Assembly (NCBI GenBank): GCA_000934665.2
Contig: KZ538441.1
Span: 1 to 64,000 of the forward strand
DNA: 64,000 bases
Direction: 5' to 3'
Source of the DNA: Catajapyx aquilonaris
Lineage: Eukaryota
A program made the translations under genes and the position numbers. This document shows positions 36,201-51,943 of this stretch, one piece after another (the stretch's first letter is position 1; each line of letters opens with the position of its first letter). A model generated the notes under the pieces. The model saw only the letters and a program-made list of their open reading frames with translations, did no database searches and was not told where the DNA came from.

Positions 36201-39200
36201 GATTTTATCTAGCGTTGTTTGCGGGGAATGTCAACATTTTTAACAGGGAACGAAATTTTCCCACTTAATTTCATCTTCCTGGACATTACGGCCCATACTA
36301 AAAAAAAGTGAGGCCAAACAATCCTGATAGAAGCAGTATGGTGCCGCATTTTATTTCCGTGACCTTTTTTTCTTACCACTGACCTTTTGGCAAAAATTCA
36401 TTAGAGACGAACCATTTCTCAGCCCCCCCCCCCNTTTCCTCTCTTCGACCCACAACTGTACCCTCCTACACACAAAAAAAAGGCTCCAGTGTAATATCTC
36501 AGACCGTGTGCCTCATTTCACCGACATAATACCTAGAACATGTTTGCTCTCGTCCCATTGGCTGTTGGGCTCCAAATCGCCAAGTTCATCTACAATTCGT
36601 TTCGGGCGTGTCACACAAGCGACGCCAAGTCTCTGCGATTTATTGTGCCTAGCCTTATTTTTCTTATCAGCCAGTTTGTTACAACCATCTGACTATATAT
36701 CTGTAAAAGAAAATGGGGAGAGGAGGGGGGAGATTTGAGGGAGAGAAATATAAGGCAAGATCACACATCACATGTATTATCGCTATAAATGAATCTGGTA
36801 CCAGGAACACTCCCAAGTCGTCTCTTTTTTATCACTAATGCAGGCTTTTGTCGAAGGGCAGAGAGATGCTCATGTGAAGCCAGATCGAGTCCCATCTAGA
36901 TAAAAGCAGCTTTAAAAGTCTACTTTTAATGAAATTATGTGGGCTTGTCTGCAACATGGCCAGGGATGAAATAACGCTGCACTCGCTCCGCTCCGGCCCC
37001 CCCATATTTAATTCAGCCAGCGTGCATGTTAACAACTGACTGATATTTGTCAGTCCAATACGTCCATATATAAATAATCATGTTTCCAACCGCCTATTAT
37101 TTATTTACAGGGACCCAATTAGCCAAATAATGGGCCGATTTAAGGGTCGAAATTAATTAATATGTTATCATGCGGCAAAGCGCTTTGAACCATGTGATTT
37201 TCAAGGCCTAAGGTCATTACTGTTCATAGTTAATAATTTGTACAGTGGAATTTAGGGACATAAGTCAACAAAAATATTTCATTCAGGCCATATCGGGCCA
37301 TATGATCCAAATTAGCAAACGAACTGTTTTGTGTACAGTTTCCAGTGGCAAATAGCAACAAAACCTAATGGATGGAATTGAACTCAGAACCTCCGAGCCA
37401 AATGGTGGTGATCATTTCCTAAAAAGTTCTTGTTTCATATTGATCAGTTATTTTTAAAACTGGTCGTCAAATTCTGTTAAATCAACCCTGCTGGCATGTA
37501 ACCAAACGCAATAAACCTGGCTCTCAGCCACCTTAATCGGCATGTTAGGTCAAACTCCATGCTTTTGTGACCCAATCAATCGATCGTACTACTTCAACCT
37601 CCAATACCATCCACCTCTGAACATTAGTCTGCAATATGATGACACAAGACTGGTCCTGCTCCCCCACCAAAAAAAGGCCGAGGCGTAACGAGTACTGATA
37701 TGAGGTAAAGTGGAGGATCCATGCAGGCAGAACCCGGTGGCCGAAAAGTGGGAGGTTTGTCGCGCATGACACGCGCATTGGAAGCTGTGCCCTCTCTCCC
37801 GTTGCCTGCTGCTCTGCTCCCGCTCTCTCGCTGGCTGCCTGGCTGGCTGGTTCGGCCATCCGAGCAGCTCGTCTCTCTCTGGATACACTCTTCCGACAAC
37901 TCATCCGCTTCAAATCATCGCAATTTACTATACAGCACCGGTAAGTACACCATATACATGTAACTATAATCATTTGGTCACAATTACAGAGTAAAATATA
38001 GCACGTGTCATATGCCGGCTTGGACCTAATCAGGGGGTCAAAGAGCTGTAAGAATTGGTGGAGCTATTCAATTAGTAACCACAAGATTTGCTTACTTGAA
38101 GGAATGCTGGGGGGGGGGGGGGTAGTAATGCAATTTGGAAGTTCGTAATTTGAGGATTTTTGTAACTCCCAACTTTTTGATGGTCCCCTGGTGATTTGGG
38201 ATGTGCAAAGTTTGACGGGAGGGGGTTCTTGGGAGAATTTTGGCGATCGTTACCCGGTTACGAAATTAATTTTCTGTCGTCCATACCAAAGCACGAGTAG
38301 GCGTTGTGCTCCATATATTTTTTTCCCCCTGACGACAGACATGCTGCGGTGTGTCACACTGCGCCCTCTCGAACCTCTGATTAGTTTACTCTGGCGGGCC
38401 AGATATGCGTAAATACGAGTATCACAACACAGCGTATCAGAGTGTAATAACGTGATGATTATGCGATTGGAAAATTTCGAACCCGTGCACAGGAAAAGCG
38501 CATCCTGATCAGGCGGAGCGTGTAGAGCGTGATCCAGGTCCGGTGAGTGTGAATAATGATGCAGCATTGCATGGGTTCCAGCTATACCCACTTGTGCTGG
38601 GTTCTAGTGGACCCAGACGGTTGAATAATAAGCCAGAGAGGGGCCTCCCCACCACAAAAATATGCGATAAAGCCGCTCTCCAGTTTGCCAACTGTCGGCG
38701 CCTAACGATTCGTGTTATGAGCCCAGACCTTGCCTCTTCGCACCAATCACTCTCCAGGGGAAAGACAGCGACGTGATACTAGCACTTTGAATTTACACCC
38801 TCGCCCTACCAGCAACAAACCTTCACCTTGACCCCATCTATAACAGCAAATAGCGACACTCAAAATAGTCGCTCATTCTGATAAGTGCTCATTGAAAAAT
38901 TCTGAAACACTCTGTATTTAATGGATCGTATATTTTACAGTATTTTTTTTTTCATCTTGGTTATAAATATTTGCAACTCATGCACCATTTGATAAGCTGT
39001 GTTTTCAAATGCTCCTTTTTGGGTTAAATAGTTTTCGTGTTCATACTTCATATTTGACAATAGTTGACCTACTAGTAGTTGACGAAGATTCCTTCAATAT
39101 TCTAGTTGGCAGGATGTATAGCCCCTGACAACTAGGCCATGTGAAGAACAAAAGAGGCGCATAGGTTATCTAACCGGCAGGATGAAAATATGAAGGCCAT

Positions 39201-41844
39201 TTTCTGTGCCGGTTGTTACAGTATGCCTATGAAGTAAAATGTCCACTCATGTCGTATTACGCACCTGTATCGGTCTTAATTAGTTTCGGCCACTTTATCC
39301 TGGTCTTGAAGCAACCCTTCACACACACACACACACACACCTCCTCACCGTGGAGCCTGTTCGAAGGGTTGCTTCAAGACCAGGATAAAGTGGCTGAAAC
39401 TAATTGAGACCGATAGTACATAATAGAAGATATTCCCTAATTGGCTCGAATGCAGCCGGCCCTAAATGGCCGGACTTGGAATTCCAGGAAGGCTTTCAGT
39501 CTAGTAGAACTCGTCGAACTTGATCACCTGAAAATGACTGTCTGTCCTTCAACTCCGACTTTTGAAGAGGTATTTAGCGAGGAGCCTTTAAATTTCACGT
39601 GGTGAATGGCATAACCAGGTTTGGCCAGCACTCCCTCCCATAAGCATTGTAAATGAAGCGCTGTCCAGCTTGTGAAATACCTTGCGGGTTTGCATAATTA
39701 AAACGCTGTTAATCATCAGTAGTGCACGCAAGTCGGTTATCTACCAGTTAATGTCAGAGGGAAATAGGGACAAGTGGCCACTAACCTCTCCCTTTCCTGC
39801 CTCCCCATTTACAACTTGGCAAAAGTATAGATCCGGATTTCCCACACCCCATTCCCACGTCACATTTGGAAATCAAAGATAAAATGATCGACTGTTGTCG
39901 TCGCTTTAATAAATCTGCCAACGCCACGAATCGTTTCCCATTATTTAGAGCCTGAAAATGATCGGATTGAAGAGATAAAATCTCAGCCACACCCATACTA
40001 CACGTCAGCAGGAATAATCATGCATCACAAAATCACATTATCCTCCTTCATAGCTCTGCTCTGCAGTAGCAGGCCACTCTGATAGCAAGGACGTACAGTA
40101 TATCCTATTGCTACTGCTCTAGCAAGCTGCTCAATATACCGTATACATTCTGGAAGAGAGCGTCTGCAAAACATCATTCCCAAAGAAGAAAAAAATAAAT
40201 ATGCTGATAACATGTATGCACAATATGGCTGAATCGGGTGTTCGCATCATCCCCTTGTAGCTGGAACCTTTTGATGTCCCGTTTCCTTTTTGGAGAGTCC
40301 AGAACAATTCGTTTGCTAAACCGTAAAGGGGGTATCAGCAGAGTTTCCCAGTGATTTACGAAGGATGGAAATAATTAGCATGGCGAAACCGTTTGTCCAC
40401 TTGGCAGAGCCTCGTTCCATGACTGTGTATTGCTGATATAATCCCCGGTTATTATATTTACCCTACTCTGCTAGACAAAAGCCGCATCGATAAATCTCCT
40501 CTCGGTGCCAGGTGTTGCCTGCAGATATATCACCCTGTAGCTTTGTATTAAAATCATGCGCGCCTTTCTTTATGAAAAAATTTCAAATCAAGCTGCTCTC
40601 TGCAGATTTATGAACCCTAAATGTCCTAAATGGTAGAAAATGTGTCTTCTTTATGACAGGCCCAGCTAGAATTGTCTGAACCTTTATTGATTTAATGCGT
40701 GTGGCTTTCTATAGAATGAATGTCCTGTAATATTCTGATTTTATATCTACCTTAGATAAGAGCAGACCAGGGATCAAGGGACCTGGAAAAAGGTCAGAGC
40801 GCAGACGTTTTCACCTATAATGTCCAGATCGTATGAATGCAGTTATCACACCACTATACATCAACGGAAAAACCGATTTTATCGCTACATCTGCCAGGGG
40901 CAACTCCCGACGTGTCACATAAAACACGGGTTCGTATCAAAGGAGAAAAACACAATGTTACACAATGTACTCGGAGTCTATTTAAAGAAAACGTTAACAT
41001 GCACGCTATTTTACAACAGCACTAACAGTAATGAGGCTAACAACGCAAATAAGTTGGGTAAACTCGTGCGACGCTATGTTTATTATGTTTGCTTGCATGA
41101 AACACGCTGCTAAATCGGTATGCACGGAGGCCCCAGTTTTAAATTATAATCAAGCGCGTTTAGGTGAAGAGCTCCTCATACTTCACTATTAGTAAGGTAC
41201 TCGGAAGGAATATGGAGGAGTTAAAGAACCTAGTCAGAATTAAGCAGTGGTAGTGAACCAGTAGAGTTCCTTCGCATGAAAGTCACGACTCGGTGGGCCT
41301 CAGAATTACGATCGAGGGGGAGGTAAAAATTCCCAAAGTTGGGTCATAAGTTAGCTTCCTAGATAGGAAGAACATCCTATACCGACCCCCAAGTGTGTTG
41401 AAACCCATTCTGGGCCAAGCCACCGAAGTTTTCTTTCTTCATGCTGGAAGGCGATCGGTAACTGCCTTCACAGCTTGATTGGAATATTATCCAACTCAAA
41501 AGTCAACCAGTAGAAAAATTACAATGAGATTTAGTAGCAATGTGTTCTGGAACGCTATTCTATAATACGTCCGTTCAGATTTTGCCCAGTTGTGTCTTCT
41601 TAAATTTTTTATTAGACAAGATCGGGATTTCCCCCCACGATGTAGTAGCATCTAGAACTTGACAAAATTAACCAAACATTTACAGCTACATAGTCAGTCC
41701 GTTTAAGAGCTATATGTGGCTTCAATTATTCCGAATTTCATGGCATGTAACTACAATCCTCCATATGCTTAATTAAACCATTCTGAACCATAACATGCGG
41801 TTGGTTCAGACACACCAGTAGTCCAGCGATGAGACCTTGAGAAT

Positions 41845-41915
41845 TATAGTCTTCGAAGTGCCGATGACATAAAACTGCGTACGAGCCCTGGTTGAGGCCG
41901 AGTTTGACGAGGCGC
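41845..41915 (-). mobile_element. Possible THAP-domain relic
   Basis: SYAVLCHRHFED resembles the THAP xxLCSxHFx motif; the rest of the domain is not recognisable. Confidence 0.25.
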
Positions 41916-43049
41916 CTGACAAATCGTTCAGAATGGTGGACAAAGTCATTAACACGTGGTGGCCACATGCCTTCCATTTTCATTAGCTGGCAGGACTACC
42001 TCTGCTGACCATGTCGCGCTATGTTGCGCCCAATTACTGTTTGGAAACGCATAAACATGCCACGCGTGACCGGACACAACAGTTCCGGCTCACTTCATCA
42101 AGATGGAAGGTCATTTAGGGGTGAACATGATCGTTAGGCCTACGCACCAGATTGACTGCCAAATGGCCAATTTATATACACATATTGGATCAGGCCAATT
42201 GGTTCAGAGGAGCGCAAACATCCTGCCTGCAATGCTGGTCAATCATTCATCAATTTGATTTTAAACGTCAGGCCTTTTTGCCGCTTTGTAGGTTTCAAAC
42301 AGTTTCAATACAGGCTATTGGTTGTTATTGTGCTCGTGCCAAATTTCCTCCAAATAGTGTGAATACACTACGTTCTGTCCATACAATAAAAGCTTGTTAC
42401 GTTTACTCCATGGATGTGTTATAGCTGGTTTAGACGTGCTATGAGGCTATAGGTAGTGTTATATCTAGCATGGCCTCAGAAGTGTATACATATAAACACT
42501 TCGATGCAAGCCACATGTCGTAAGTAGCTTACGTTGCAAGTGTACACTGGTGGCGTTGCATGTGAAAAAGCCATAATCCTAATGGAAAACACACAATGGA
42601 CCTACCTACTCTTGCGCATACACACTGGAGGTTTGCAGCCAAGATACTCCAGATCCTGCAGTATCACTACCTTGAGACTATTCCCTGCAACACGCGAGAA
42701 TCCCATCATTGTCCCATGCTCCTACTTTTTTTTTCTTTATTGTAAAAATACGTACAAGCAGACATTGCTACTGTAGCATGTGGTGGAAATATTTAAAATT
42801 CACACGGAAAAGGGGGGAGGGTGGAAACTGTGGTGCCAGACAAGTTTAGTACCCAATTAAGGCAGTGTCGGGCGCAGGTAAGTAATGCGCGCATCCAAGC
42901 ATACAGGGTGTCCATGCAGAAAAGCAACAAGTTTGTCAGCTTAGATGCAGGCATATATGAAGTAACCTCCGAGATGGTGTCGTTACAATAATGACGACCC
43001 AGGGCATTAAATCGATTCATTTAGAGTCAACTGGCAATTACGGCCTGAA

Positions 43050-43204
43050 GGCCCATTTACACGAGACTGTTGCTAGCAAAGCATAAGTATGGGCGGCCAA
43101 TCAGAGTGGAGATCAGCCAGCCGCGTTTCTCCGCCAGGCCATCCTGATTGGCGGCAGCGCATGGCCGCGCTTGTTTTTCTAGCAACTGCCGCATGTAAAC
43201 GGGT
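43050..43204. mobile_element. Diverged short MITE
   Basis: CCCATTTACACGAGACTGTTGCTAG versus CTAGCAACTGCCGCATGTAAACGGG; inner GCCAATCAG/CTGATTGGC. Confidence 0.55.
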
Positions 43205-46200
43205 AATCAGGAATTGTTCGCATCCATGAAATATTCTGTAATCGCACCCCATCTTCAGCGTGTTGCAACTCGCAGCAATGTCGCATATTTTCCCACACCC
43301 TGTTCAGATATAAGCCTCCCCACAAATGTAAATGGTATCCTCCCCTGGATTCAGGTGGGAAATGAGTGTCTCCATCCCAAGTTAGGCGTAGCTGGTAGCG
43401 AGAGGGTGTATGTATCGGTGGCCATAAAGCGCACCTTCCCAAGTCCCCGGATAATATAGGCTGTTGATGTCGTAAAAAAGACGATTAAAGGCCGGAGTTA
43501 AGGTGTGCCCGGCGGCCTTCCATCTGCCTTATGTGTGGACTCCGGCACGCAGCCAGAAAACTTTATTGTTTTGTTACGAAGCTCATTGGCCCATGCTCAT
43601 TATAGGATGAAAGGAAGGAAGAGGGGAAAAAAAAAAAATTGCGGTTCCCATTAGACGCCTTTTCCTCCCGAGTTATTAGTTTCTCAATGAGCCTGGCCCA
43701 ACCCTTCCTAATTGAAGTTATTAATCATGTAGGAATGTGGGATTTAGTGCTTGTGATGACTGACAAGCTTGGCTCCCACTGATGATGATGAACGGGAGAG
43801 GACTTGGTGCAAAGTGCGTTATGAAAAATTCTTATGATGGTAGGGGGTAGGATAGATGGCGTCGCCGATATTCCCGCTCAAACATCCGTGCCCGTTAATG
43901 CTCTCCTTGTACGCTCTTTATGCATAGAATGCGGATAAAAGGGGGTTTTTTTTTTGTCACCGACGGTGCCGCATTTGCTGGCGTCGTCGGGCCATGGAAT
44001 TTTGGGCCTTGGAAATGCTTTTTGCGCCTCTTTGGCACAATTAGAGGGTCCTTCCTCGGCATTTTCTTAGCTCAGAGTAACCCCCTTTTGTGGCTGGCTA
44101 GACTGTTTGTACAGGGTGATTGAAATAATGGGCCAGAGAAAAGCAGGCTGCCTGAAATTTTATAATATGCACTAGGGAAACGGTATGAATTTTTAAAGTT
44201 GCGTACATTGTATTTAATTGCTATATATTTTTTTTGCGTCCCTAGCCTGTATGTAGCGAGCCTATATATTTTGATGACGCACGTAGGCTGGAAAGCTGTA
44301 AACGGTGTGGTTATGAGCAGGCTCGTGCATTATAGTTGATTACTGACACGTGATATACTCGGTAGTATTCCGCTACTAACATAATTATTATGGGGTCATA
44401 ATAATTATGAAATGAGAGATGATGTAGGTAGGAGGCTGAATTAATTAATGAGAATTGATTATCATGTCAGCAGCATCATATAAGCTGACCCGCTCCAACA
44501 GTTTACAACTTTGTGGGCCCAAAGTATGTAGAGAAACTATAGGACACATTAGAGTTGAGAAGCAAGCACCGTACAAAGTGTTTGCCGCTGTGAAGGCAGC
44601 CTCTTTCGCAAGCACGTCACAAAGACTGCAATCTCCTGCAAATGTGGGCTTGACGTTGGCAACTTCTCGAAGGCGCCGGGGCTCTTTCTAATTTAATGAC
44701 AATCCGGAAGTTTTAAGGAAAACACAGCCTGCACTCACTCCCAAGGAAATTAACGCCCCAGCTGGAAACTTGTCGCAGGCCGCCAATCTTCTTTTCCTTC
44801 CAGGTTTGGCTATACACTCACCGCCTGCACAACTTTCCGCTCTAAAATGGGCACCCATTTTATCAAGCGGTTGTGCAAAGGTCGGTCAAATAAGACAACG
44901 TTGCTTGTTTTGCTCACAATGTACAGTAAAATTTTGGTAGCCTGCTGGTCGATGAGAAAGAAGTTGATGGAGGTGTCTGTGACCACGTTCAGTTTGGGGT
45001 ACCTTCCGCTAGTATTGTTCGGATATTATCCAATGACACAATATTGGTGGTGTTACCTTTTCATTTGACTGACCCTTAGTGTTGGCGCCCGTCCGGTCCA
45101 GGGTGCGAAAAAATCCGGAATGCAGCGACTAGGCTTTTATCAGGGCACTGGGGCTATCCATAGGGGGCTAATTAATGTAATTAGCTCCTCCAAACATTCC
45201 ATACCGGTATACAAATAGGGCGCACGTGTCGTTCCATTGTTGCCGTGCGGTGGGGGTACCTCAGGTCCAGGGATTTGTGGCTGGGATCAAATCTGCATTC
45301 CCATGCGAAATGAAGTCCTGATGCAGCTGCTGCCATGCATGCATGACAGTTCTTTATTCGATTGCTTGCGTTTGTGCGTATCGATCAGGTTCAAACCACA
45401 GGTTGTGCCCAGGATGCAACCTCTACGCATTCAAAAATCTTGTTTGCATCTGCTTTTATATTGTTCGATTGCTCTAGGCTTGTTTTTTTTTATTGCGCTT
45501 GGAATATGATTTTTTGCATGACCTCTGGCAGTAACAGATCCTTTGATCATAGGTAAAAAAAACTAAAGGCTGTGAGGACTAGAGAAACCTGTGGAACGCT
45601 TTGGATTCTGAATAATTGTGTACCTTCGCAGTTATGGCGGAACCAACTATTTCCATATACATTCCAAATTTAGCCAGGAGTCAGAGGAAGGTTGGATGGA
45701 GGATGCATGGGGATTACTGGTTGAACTTGCGAAGGGAATGCACTCATTATTTATCGGTGGTGCGTTCGCTGGCAAATTGGTTTCCGGATGCCAAGAAAAC
45801 TCTGGGGCAGGGTTCGTTCAGAATGGGATCCTTGAGGCTTCCCTTGCTTTTGGTGACGCTCATCACGTTTTGTCGGCGCCGACAAAATTGCTTTGCTAAA
45901 CATTGACGCAGAAGTAATTTTAGGATCAAATAAAGTTTGTGTATATGCTGCTGAACCTAGTGCCCCGGTTTCTTATAAAAAGCTCTTTAGGGACGTAAAC
46001 AGCGCCTGGGTTTAGGTTGAAAATGGGTGTTTAATTATGTAAGTAAGTTCTACAGCACGGGTATAGCCTAAGAAATGCCTGGCAGGCAGCATTGTTTTTT
46101 CCCCTCTTGGATCAACACAATTTTAATAATGTAAAAAAGTGAATTGTTTCATCTGTTCAATATTTGCGGAAATCCGCGTTTGAAATTTGCTATTTTGCAA

Positions 46201-49200
46201 TATTTTTCCGATTCAGAATGTCATTGTTTCCAGTTTTAGTGAAAAATTGGCAACTCTACAAATCAGTCACAAAAATTAAACCAAAAATTATTTGAGGTTT
46301 ATAGAGTCTCCTAAGGCTATATTCAATTGAAACAAATTGAAAATGTGTGAATTTCAAATGTTGATTTTAACAAAACCGAAACAGGTAGGGGGGAAAATGG
46401 CTTTCACTTTTACTGGGATCAACGTCCACTAAATTTGCGCCGGACCTGGACGGTTTTTTTTAAATTTGCAGATACAGTCGGCTTCCATCATTGGATGATA
46501 TTTTTTTTTGTTGAACACAAAATAATGACACCTTTTACTACTATTGCAGTACGACCCCCGGAGGCCAGGTTCAATAGAAATGAGAAATATTGAGCTTTAT
46601 ACTGTATATGTACACTGTATACTGTAGGAAAATTGGTGCGATAGAATAATGCTCGCACAGAATATTGAGCCCATAACTCTCTGCTATAGCCGGCGGATAA
46701 AAGTATAATAATTATCTTCTCTTGAGTCGACAACTTTTGTCGCTTTGAATGCGACAGTGAAGCTTTAAGCTCTCGGATAATCAAGCACTTTGAAAGTTAT
46801 AGAATGGCAGCGATATTCTGAACGAGCTAATAGGATTTGGACGGATCTTCTGATGCACAAGGCACTCTTTGCACGGCAAAGTTTTCAGTATGGTTTTTCA
46901 ACCATTGCCTCTTCTCTAGTACTATTTTTGCGCTCTCCACTAGTGTGTGATGGACAGGAACTGAAAAATACTTTCACACTGGAAATTTTCCATTTGCATG
47001 TACAGTGCCGTGCAGGTGTATGAATAATCGATTATTCAAAAACATCGCTGCTGAGAATTCATCCGGAACTGAATATTCAACATGAGAGAAGGAATACTGC
47101 TGAGACAAGTCTGCCTGATTGAAATTGGATGGGCACTCGCTCCAGATACATCATTTAGCTTTTGCAGTCCTGGTCGGTTCAAGCCAGCCATTGTTTAATC
47201 AGTTAGACCTCCCCATACCTCATCCTCCAGCACGTTGACCCTCTACAACAGCAAAAGCAGCACAATTATCACAATATTGTGTAACGAGTATATATCCAGC
47301 TACATAATGGACCGGCATTTGCAGGAGACACTTATCCCTGGGCATCGCTGAGGAAATTGCGACATTCGTTGTAGGTCAGCCAGGCCGTGCATTCGAAAGC
47401 AGAGGGGGCCTCTGTGCTGTGCAAAGCCAGCCCTATGCAGCCTAACAAATGGACATGTCCGGCTTTCACTCCGCCTCCATGCCACCCCTTATTCTGTTGT
47501 CGCCGCCAGCTGCAACTAGCCACCCCCCCCCCTACCCACCCCTCATTTTTTTTTGTGGAAAATAGCTATGTATTGCACTGTGCCAGCAGCTATGCACCAG
47601 CGACGTTGTCGGATTGCCAGCATAGAATTTTTGCACGTATTGCTACTGGCGGATATATACACCCAAAAAATGCTGACAGATTCCGGAGATTTATGAAGTG
47701 CAAATGTGCCGGGAGTGAATCCCGAGGGTATCAACTTGTACTGGACCAGTTCTGCCAGGAAAGCTCGTTGTAAAAGTTGACAGAGGCCGTCAGGGAGAGG
47801 CTGCGTGAGCCCACTTGCGGTTTCCCTTATGCAAATGATGCGCTTGCCTTTTCCGCCAGTAATAACCCCCCCCCCCTCTCTCTCTATGTAAAAAAAAAAA
47901 TGAGCCTGGGGCTTGAAGCTCATTTGGGCATGACTAAGGTCAACTAGAACCTATGAGTGAATACAGCCAAGGCCCGATACGGTTCATTTGCGCCAACCTC
48001 CGGAACTCAAGGCAGACCTCTTGGCCTCTTCCTTCTACCGAATCAATGCGGGGACTGGAGGCCCGAAAAATTCTCTCTCCCCCAACCTCCCTAGCTCCAG
48101 CTTGCCATCGTTTGCTCCATTTCCCTCTAAAACCACACCTCCGAATTTGGGCCCAGACGTGATGGCCGCTACGTGGTCCGACTTGACCAGCTTCAGAAGA
48201 AAACTATCCATGATCAAATGAAAATAGTGTTTGTTCCGCATTGGGAAATTATCTGGACATCTTTTTATACAGTAGATAAATCCGGACTTTGGAAATGAAA
48301 AGGAGAGGAATATATAGGGAAGTACGGTTGAGTTGAAGTAGTGAAGCTATGGGTTCCGGTGGCCGGAAACTGGATTAAAACAGGCTCAGATTTTCAAAGC
48401 ACTAGACTTTTTGCGGGTCGCACTTTTTAGCCGGCGACCAATCCGGGATTTTGGGGGGGGGGGGTGTACTATCAAACCTTTTGTTGCCAGTGAGTTTTCA
48501 AATTTTGTGCAGAAACCGGGATATATTTGGCTTACGAAATGGGCGGCTGGAACAAATACGGGCTGTCCAAACAATTCTCGTGTGGGTTAGATCATTTTTG
48601 TGGAAATATCATTTTGGCAGCTACATTTTTTTTTTAAAGGTGGCGGATTTGGTTTGTTCCCTTTAAATTTTGCCTGAGAGAAAAGGCCCTTCCCAACTTT
48701 TAATGTATTCAAATTGAATGTATAGAGACGTTTTACGAGGCAGAAAAGGAGATTGAGCTTTATTTTGTTCTGAGAGAATATGGGGCTCGTGCTCTTTTAT
48801 TATTAGCAGAGGAAGTTTGCAAACACATCTGCCTAATAATTTTCTTCTGCTATTTTAATCAGGCATTCAAATGTATACGTATAGTGCATAATTTAATTAA
48901 GATCCATATGATTTCAACTTTTTAACAAGGGAGAAAAATATGGAAAAAATATATAAATCCCGAGCAACAAAGTTAGATAGTATGCCCTACGCGTACGACG
49001 GCAAAAGTTGTCCTCCCGTAAAGTTGCTTTTGACAGATTCGACTTTTCAATCTGTGATGGAATCGTGCGAAAAGAGTTGGCCCGAACTGTAACTTTCAGC
49101 AACTTCCGGAAACGTCTCTTGCAATTTATGAACCTCTGTTGACTACCTTTCCACAATTTCCTCCTATCTCATCACTTCCTGTGGCGATGTGACGACTCAA

Positions 49201-49485
49201 AATGCGTCTCGTAAGCCTCTGGGGAAGTCTTCAGATCAGTCCCACCAGGTTGACGTCCTTCTCGTCCTGGAAGCATTGGATTCAAGAGCTTTCAATCAAG
49301 TAATTAATTACGACAACGACAAAACCATAAGCCAGTGATGGAATTACTCTCTGTCATAGCCCGGTTATGCTACAACTCCAATCCATCATAGAGGCTCTCC
49401 GTCATACACTAAAGCTCGCCAAAGTTTACCAAGACGCTTAAACTTGCTACATTAGTAGTTTTAATACAGTAGACTACTAATAACC

Positions 49486-49972
49486 TACGGTGCTAATGGT
49501 TGTATAACGCCAGAATATACGGTATATTTGGCCAATTAAAAATCAAATTAAATAAACAAACCAAGTATGTCTGAACATGTCTGAACCCAGTCAGGTTCCA
49601 CTGTTCCAGATGATTAATTAATTTTTTTTTAAAAAAACTCCCCACTTATTACCGTTCGGAATGTGCTGTTTGCAGTAGTAAATTGTAACGTTACGAATCA
49701 TCAGTGGCAGTTTTGACTTATTCCAACAATAATCACTTACGTATGGTGTTAATGGTTGCATAACGTCAGGATATATGCTTGGCCGATTAAATTAAATGAA
49801 ATAAACAAGTAAAATATATTTAAACCCAGATTGGTTCCGGATGATTAATTATAGGATTTTTTTTTAAATGTGTCTCACGTTACCTAATACCTTGAACCTT
49901 TCGGAATCTATAACTATTAGTAGTCCAACTGTAATTTACTACTCATCTGTGGCAGCTTTGTCTTCCAACAAT
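49486..49972. repeat. Diverged ~245-bp tandem duplication
   Basis: TAATGGTTG.ATAACG.CAG.ATATA...GATGATTAATTA...CATC.GTGGCAG.TTTG...TTCCAACAAT occurs twice. Confidence 0.8.
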
Positions 49973-51943
49973 CAATGGACACTTTAATATATGTATTTTT
50001 TTCGCAACAATTTCCAACAACTAAATGTACTGTACCAATACACCTGGAACATCCTGTATATGTGAAAGTGTGAACGTGGCAACATTAAACATTTTATGTT
50101 GTGTAGTTGATATGATGCCCAACCTCATGAGCATACTGTATAGTGAAAACCACAGTTACTGATAGCAAGATATTATTTAAAAAGCTCTATACGGCAAAAT
50201 CAAACACACGAGCTCAATTCTTTGCTGGTAAAAAATATGACGCCCAAGTTTGCTCAGTCATTTACGAGGCTATTCGAGCGCTTAAATATGGAGATGATTA
50301 ACATAGGCATTCATAAACAAGGATGGTAGCCGTTTTAGTGCCGATTACAGATTTGAGTTATCAGGTATGGGGAAAAATTGGAGCTATGAGTTGGGGGAGA
50401 GGGTGGGCATGTCGAATTATTTTCCAGGCTTAATGATTGGCAGGCGAACAGCAGAGCACCGCTTCTATTGGCAGTTTAGCGATTTACGTTGCGGCTAGGC
50501 TTTTGAGCCCAGGTTTTTACTCTCGTGATGGCCTTGTCGAGCCAGCGAGTTCTGGTTAAAATCCCTCCGGATCGGTATTTTCCGGCGGTAAAAATTGCAC
50601 CCGGATCGAGGAAAGTGGCTTTGCTTCTCTTTATCTGTAGGTATCGAGTGGATTTAATTATTCCTGTTCGATGGAGTTGGCTTTGCTGACTGCACCCCAC
50701 CCCTACACGCGTTGCTGAATATGCACACTAGCGGAAAACAACGCACTTGGTCGGGGGCTGTGCACAATTGGCCAGTTTCTGGTTGCCAGCACATTCTGGC
50801 CTGTCCTGCACCAGTTCCATCTATTAAGCCCGTAGAATAAGACAGGTCGAAAATCAGATTGGGCAGGGGGTGAAATTAGGGCTCAGGTGGCAAATTCTCA
50901 CACAGCACATCAGAGCCCGTTAGCGTGTGGAAGCCACCATCTGAATACCTAATTTCCCTTTGCCAACTTTTGCTCTCAAGTTTCCTCTTCCAGAGCCCCC
51001 CTTATTTCGAGAGCTCTCGCGCGAAGAATACAAGGCAATAGGTGGGGATTATAGGATACTAGTGTCTGTGCTTGGGATCTCCATTCGCTCTTCGATCTTC
51101 CTCTTTAGGCTATAGGGATCCTCCTCCTCCTCCTCCTCTGCTTTTCCTTTCATCTCACGACTACGACAAGATTGTTCCACAATTCATTCTTATCTTGCAA
51201 ATACTCCAGACATGATTTTTGTTGGGAGTGAAAAGTGTCAAGAAAAATGCCAAACTATTTGTCAGGACTGTGCCGAGTATAATTTTCTGTGCTGGTTTGT
51301 CCCAAAGTGGCGAGTAAATAACACTGTAATTGCATGCAAATGATGTGGCTGCTGCGAGTGAAAATGAGGAAACTTGGTTGCTATTAGCTAGTCAGGAAAA
51401 TAATTGCCCGTCCCTCCGCGACGACGGGTTTCAGCGTAATTACGCCTCCCAAAAAAACAAAAAAAAAAGGAGTCAGCCAGTCAGGTTGCGACCGATATTA
51501 TTTTTTTTTGCAGTTCCTCCCTCCAGACAAAGAGAAGCCAGACAAGTATTGTGTCGAGGCAGCAAGAATGCCGATGCATTTTGGACTCCTGTAATTAATT
51601 TGGTGGAAAAGCCAGTCAGGAATTTGCTTACGGAACGCACTGCAAATGCGACAAGTTCACCAGGCTAAATCGCAAAGCGCTGTCCATCTTTCGTGTTATT
51701 AATCCTTCCAGCCATCTGTCACGTCTGTCAGCCAGACTCTAGAATGTGTCTAGTGAAGGATTATGATTGTGTTCTGCAAGGTTCCTGCCACTGAACATCC
51801 GCACGTGCCAGCTGGTAAACAACTAGACGAACAGAGCCGTCGGTTGCGAATCTAGGAAATAGTTGTGGAATGTATAAGCAAAATGTCACTATAGGTTGAG
51901 AATCCTTGATTAGAAATGTTTGGGACCGGAAGCGGTTTTCGGA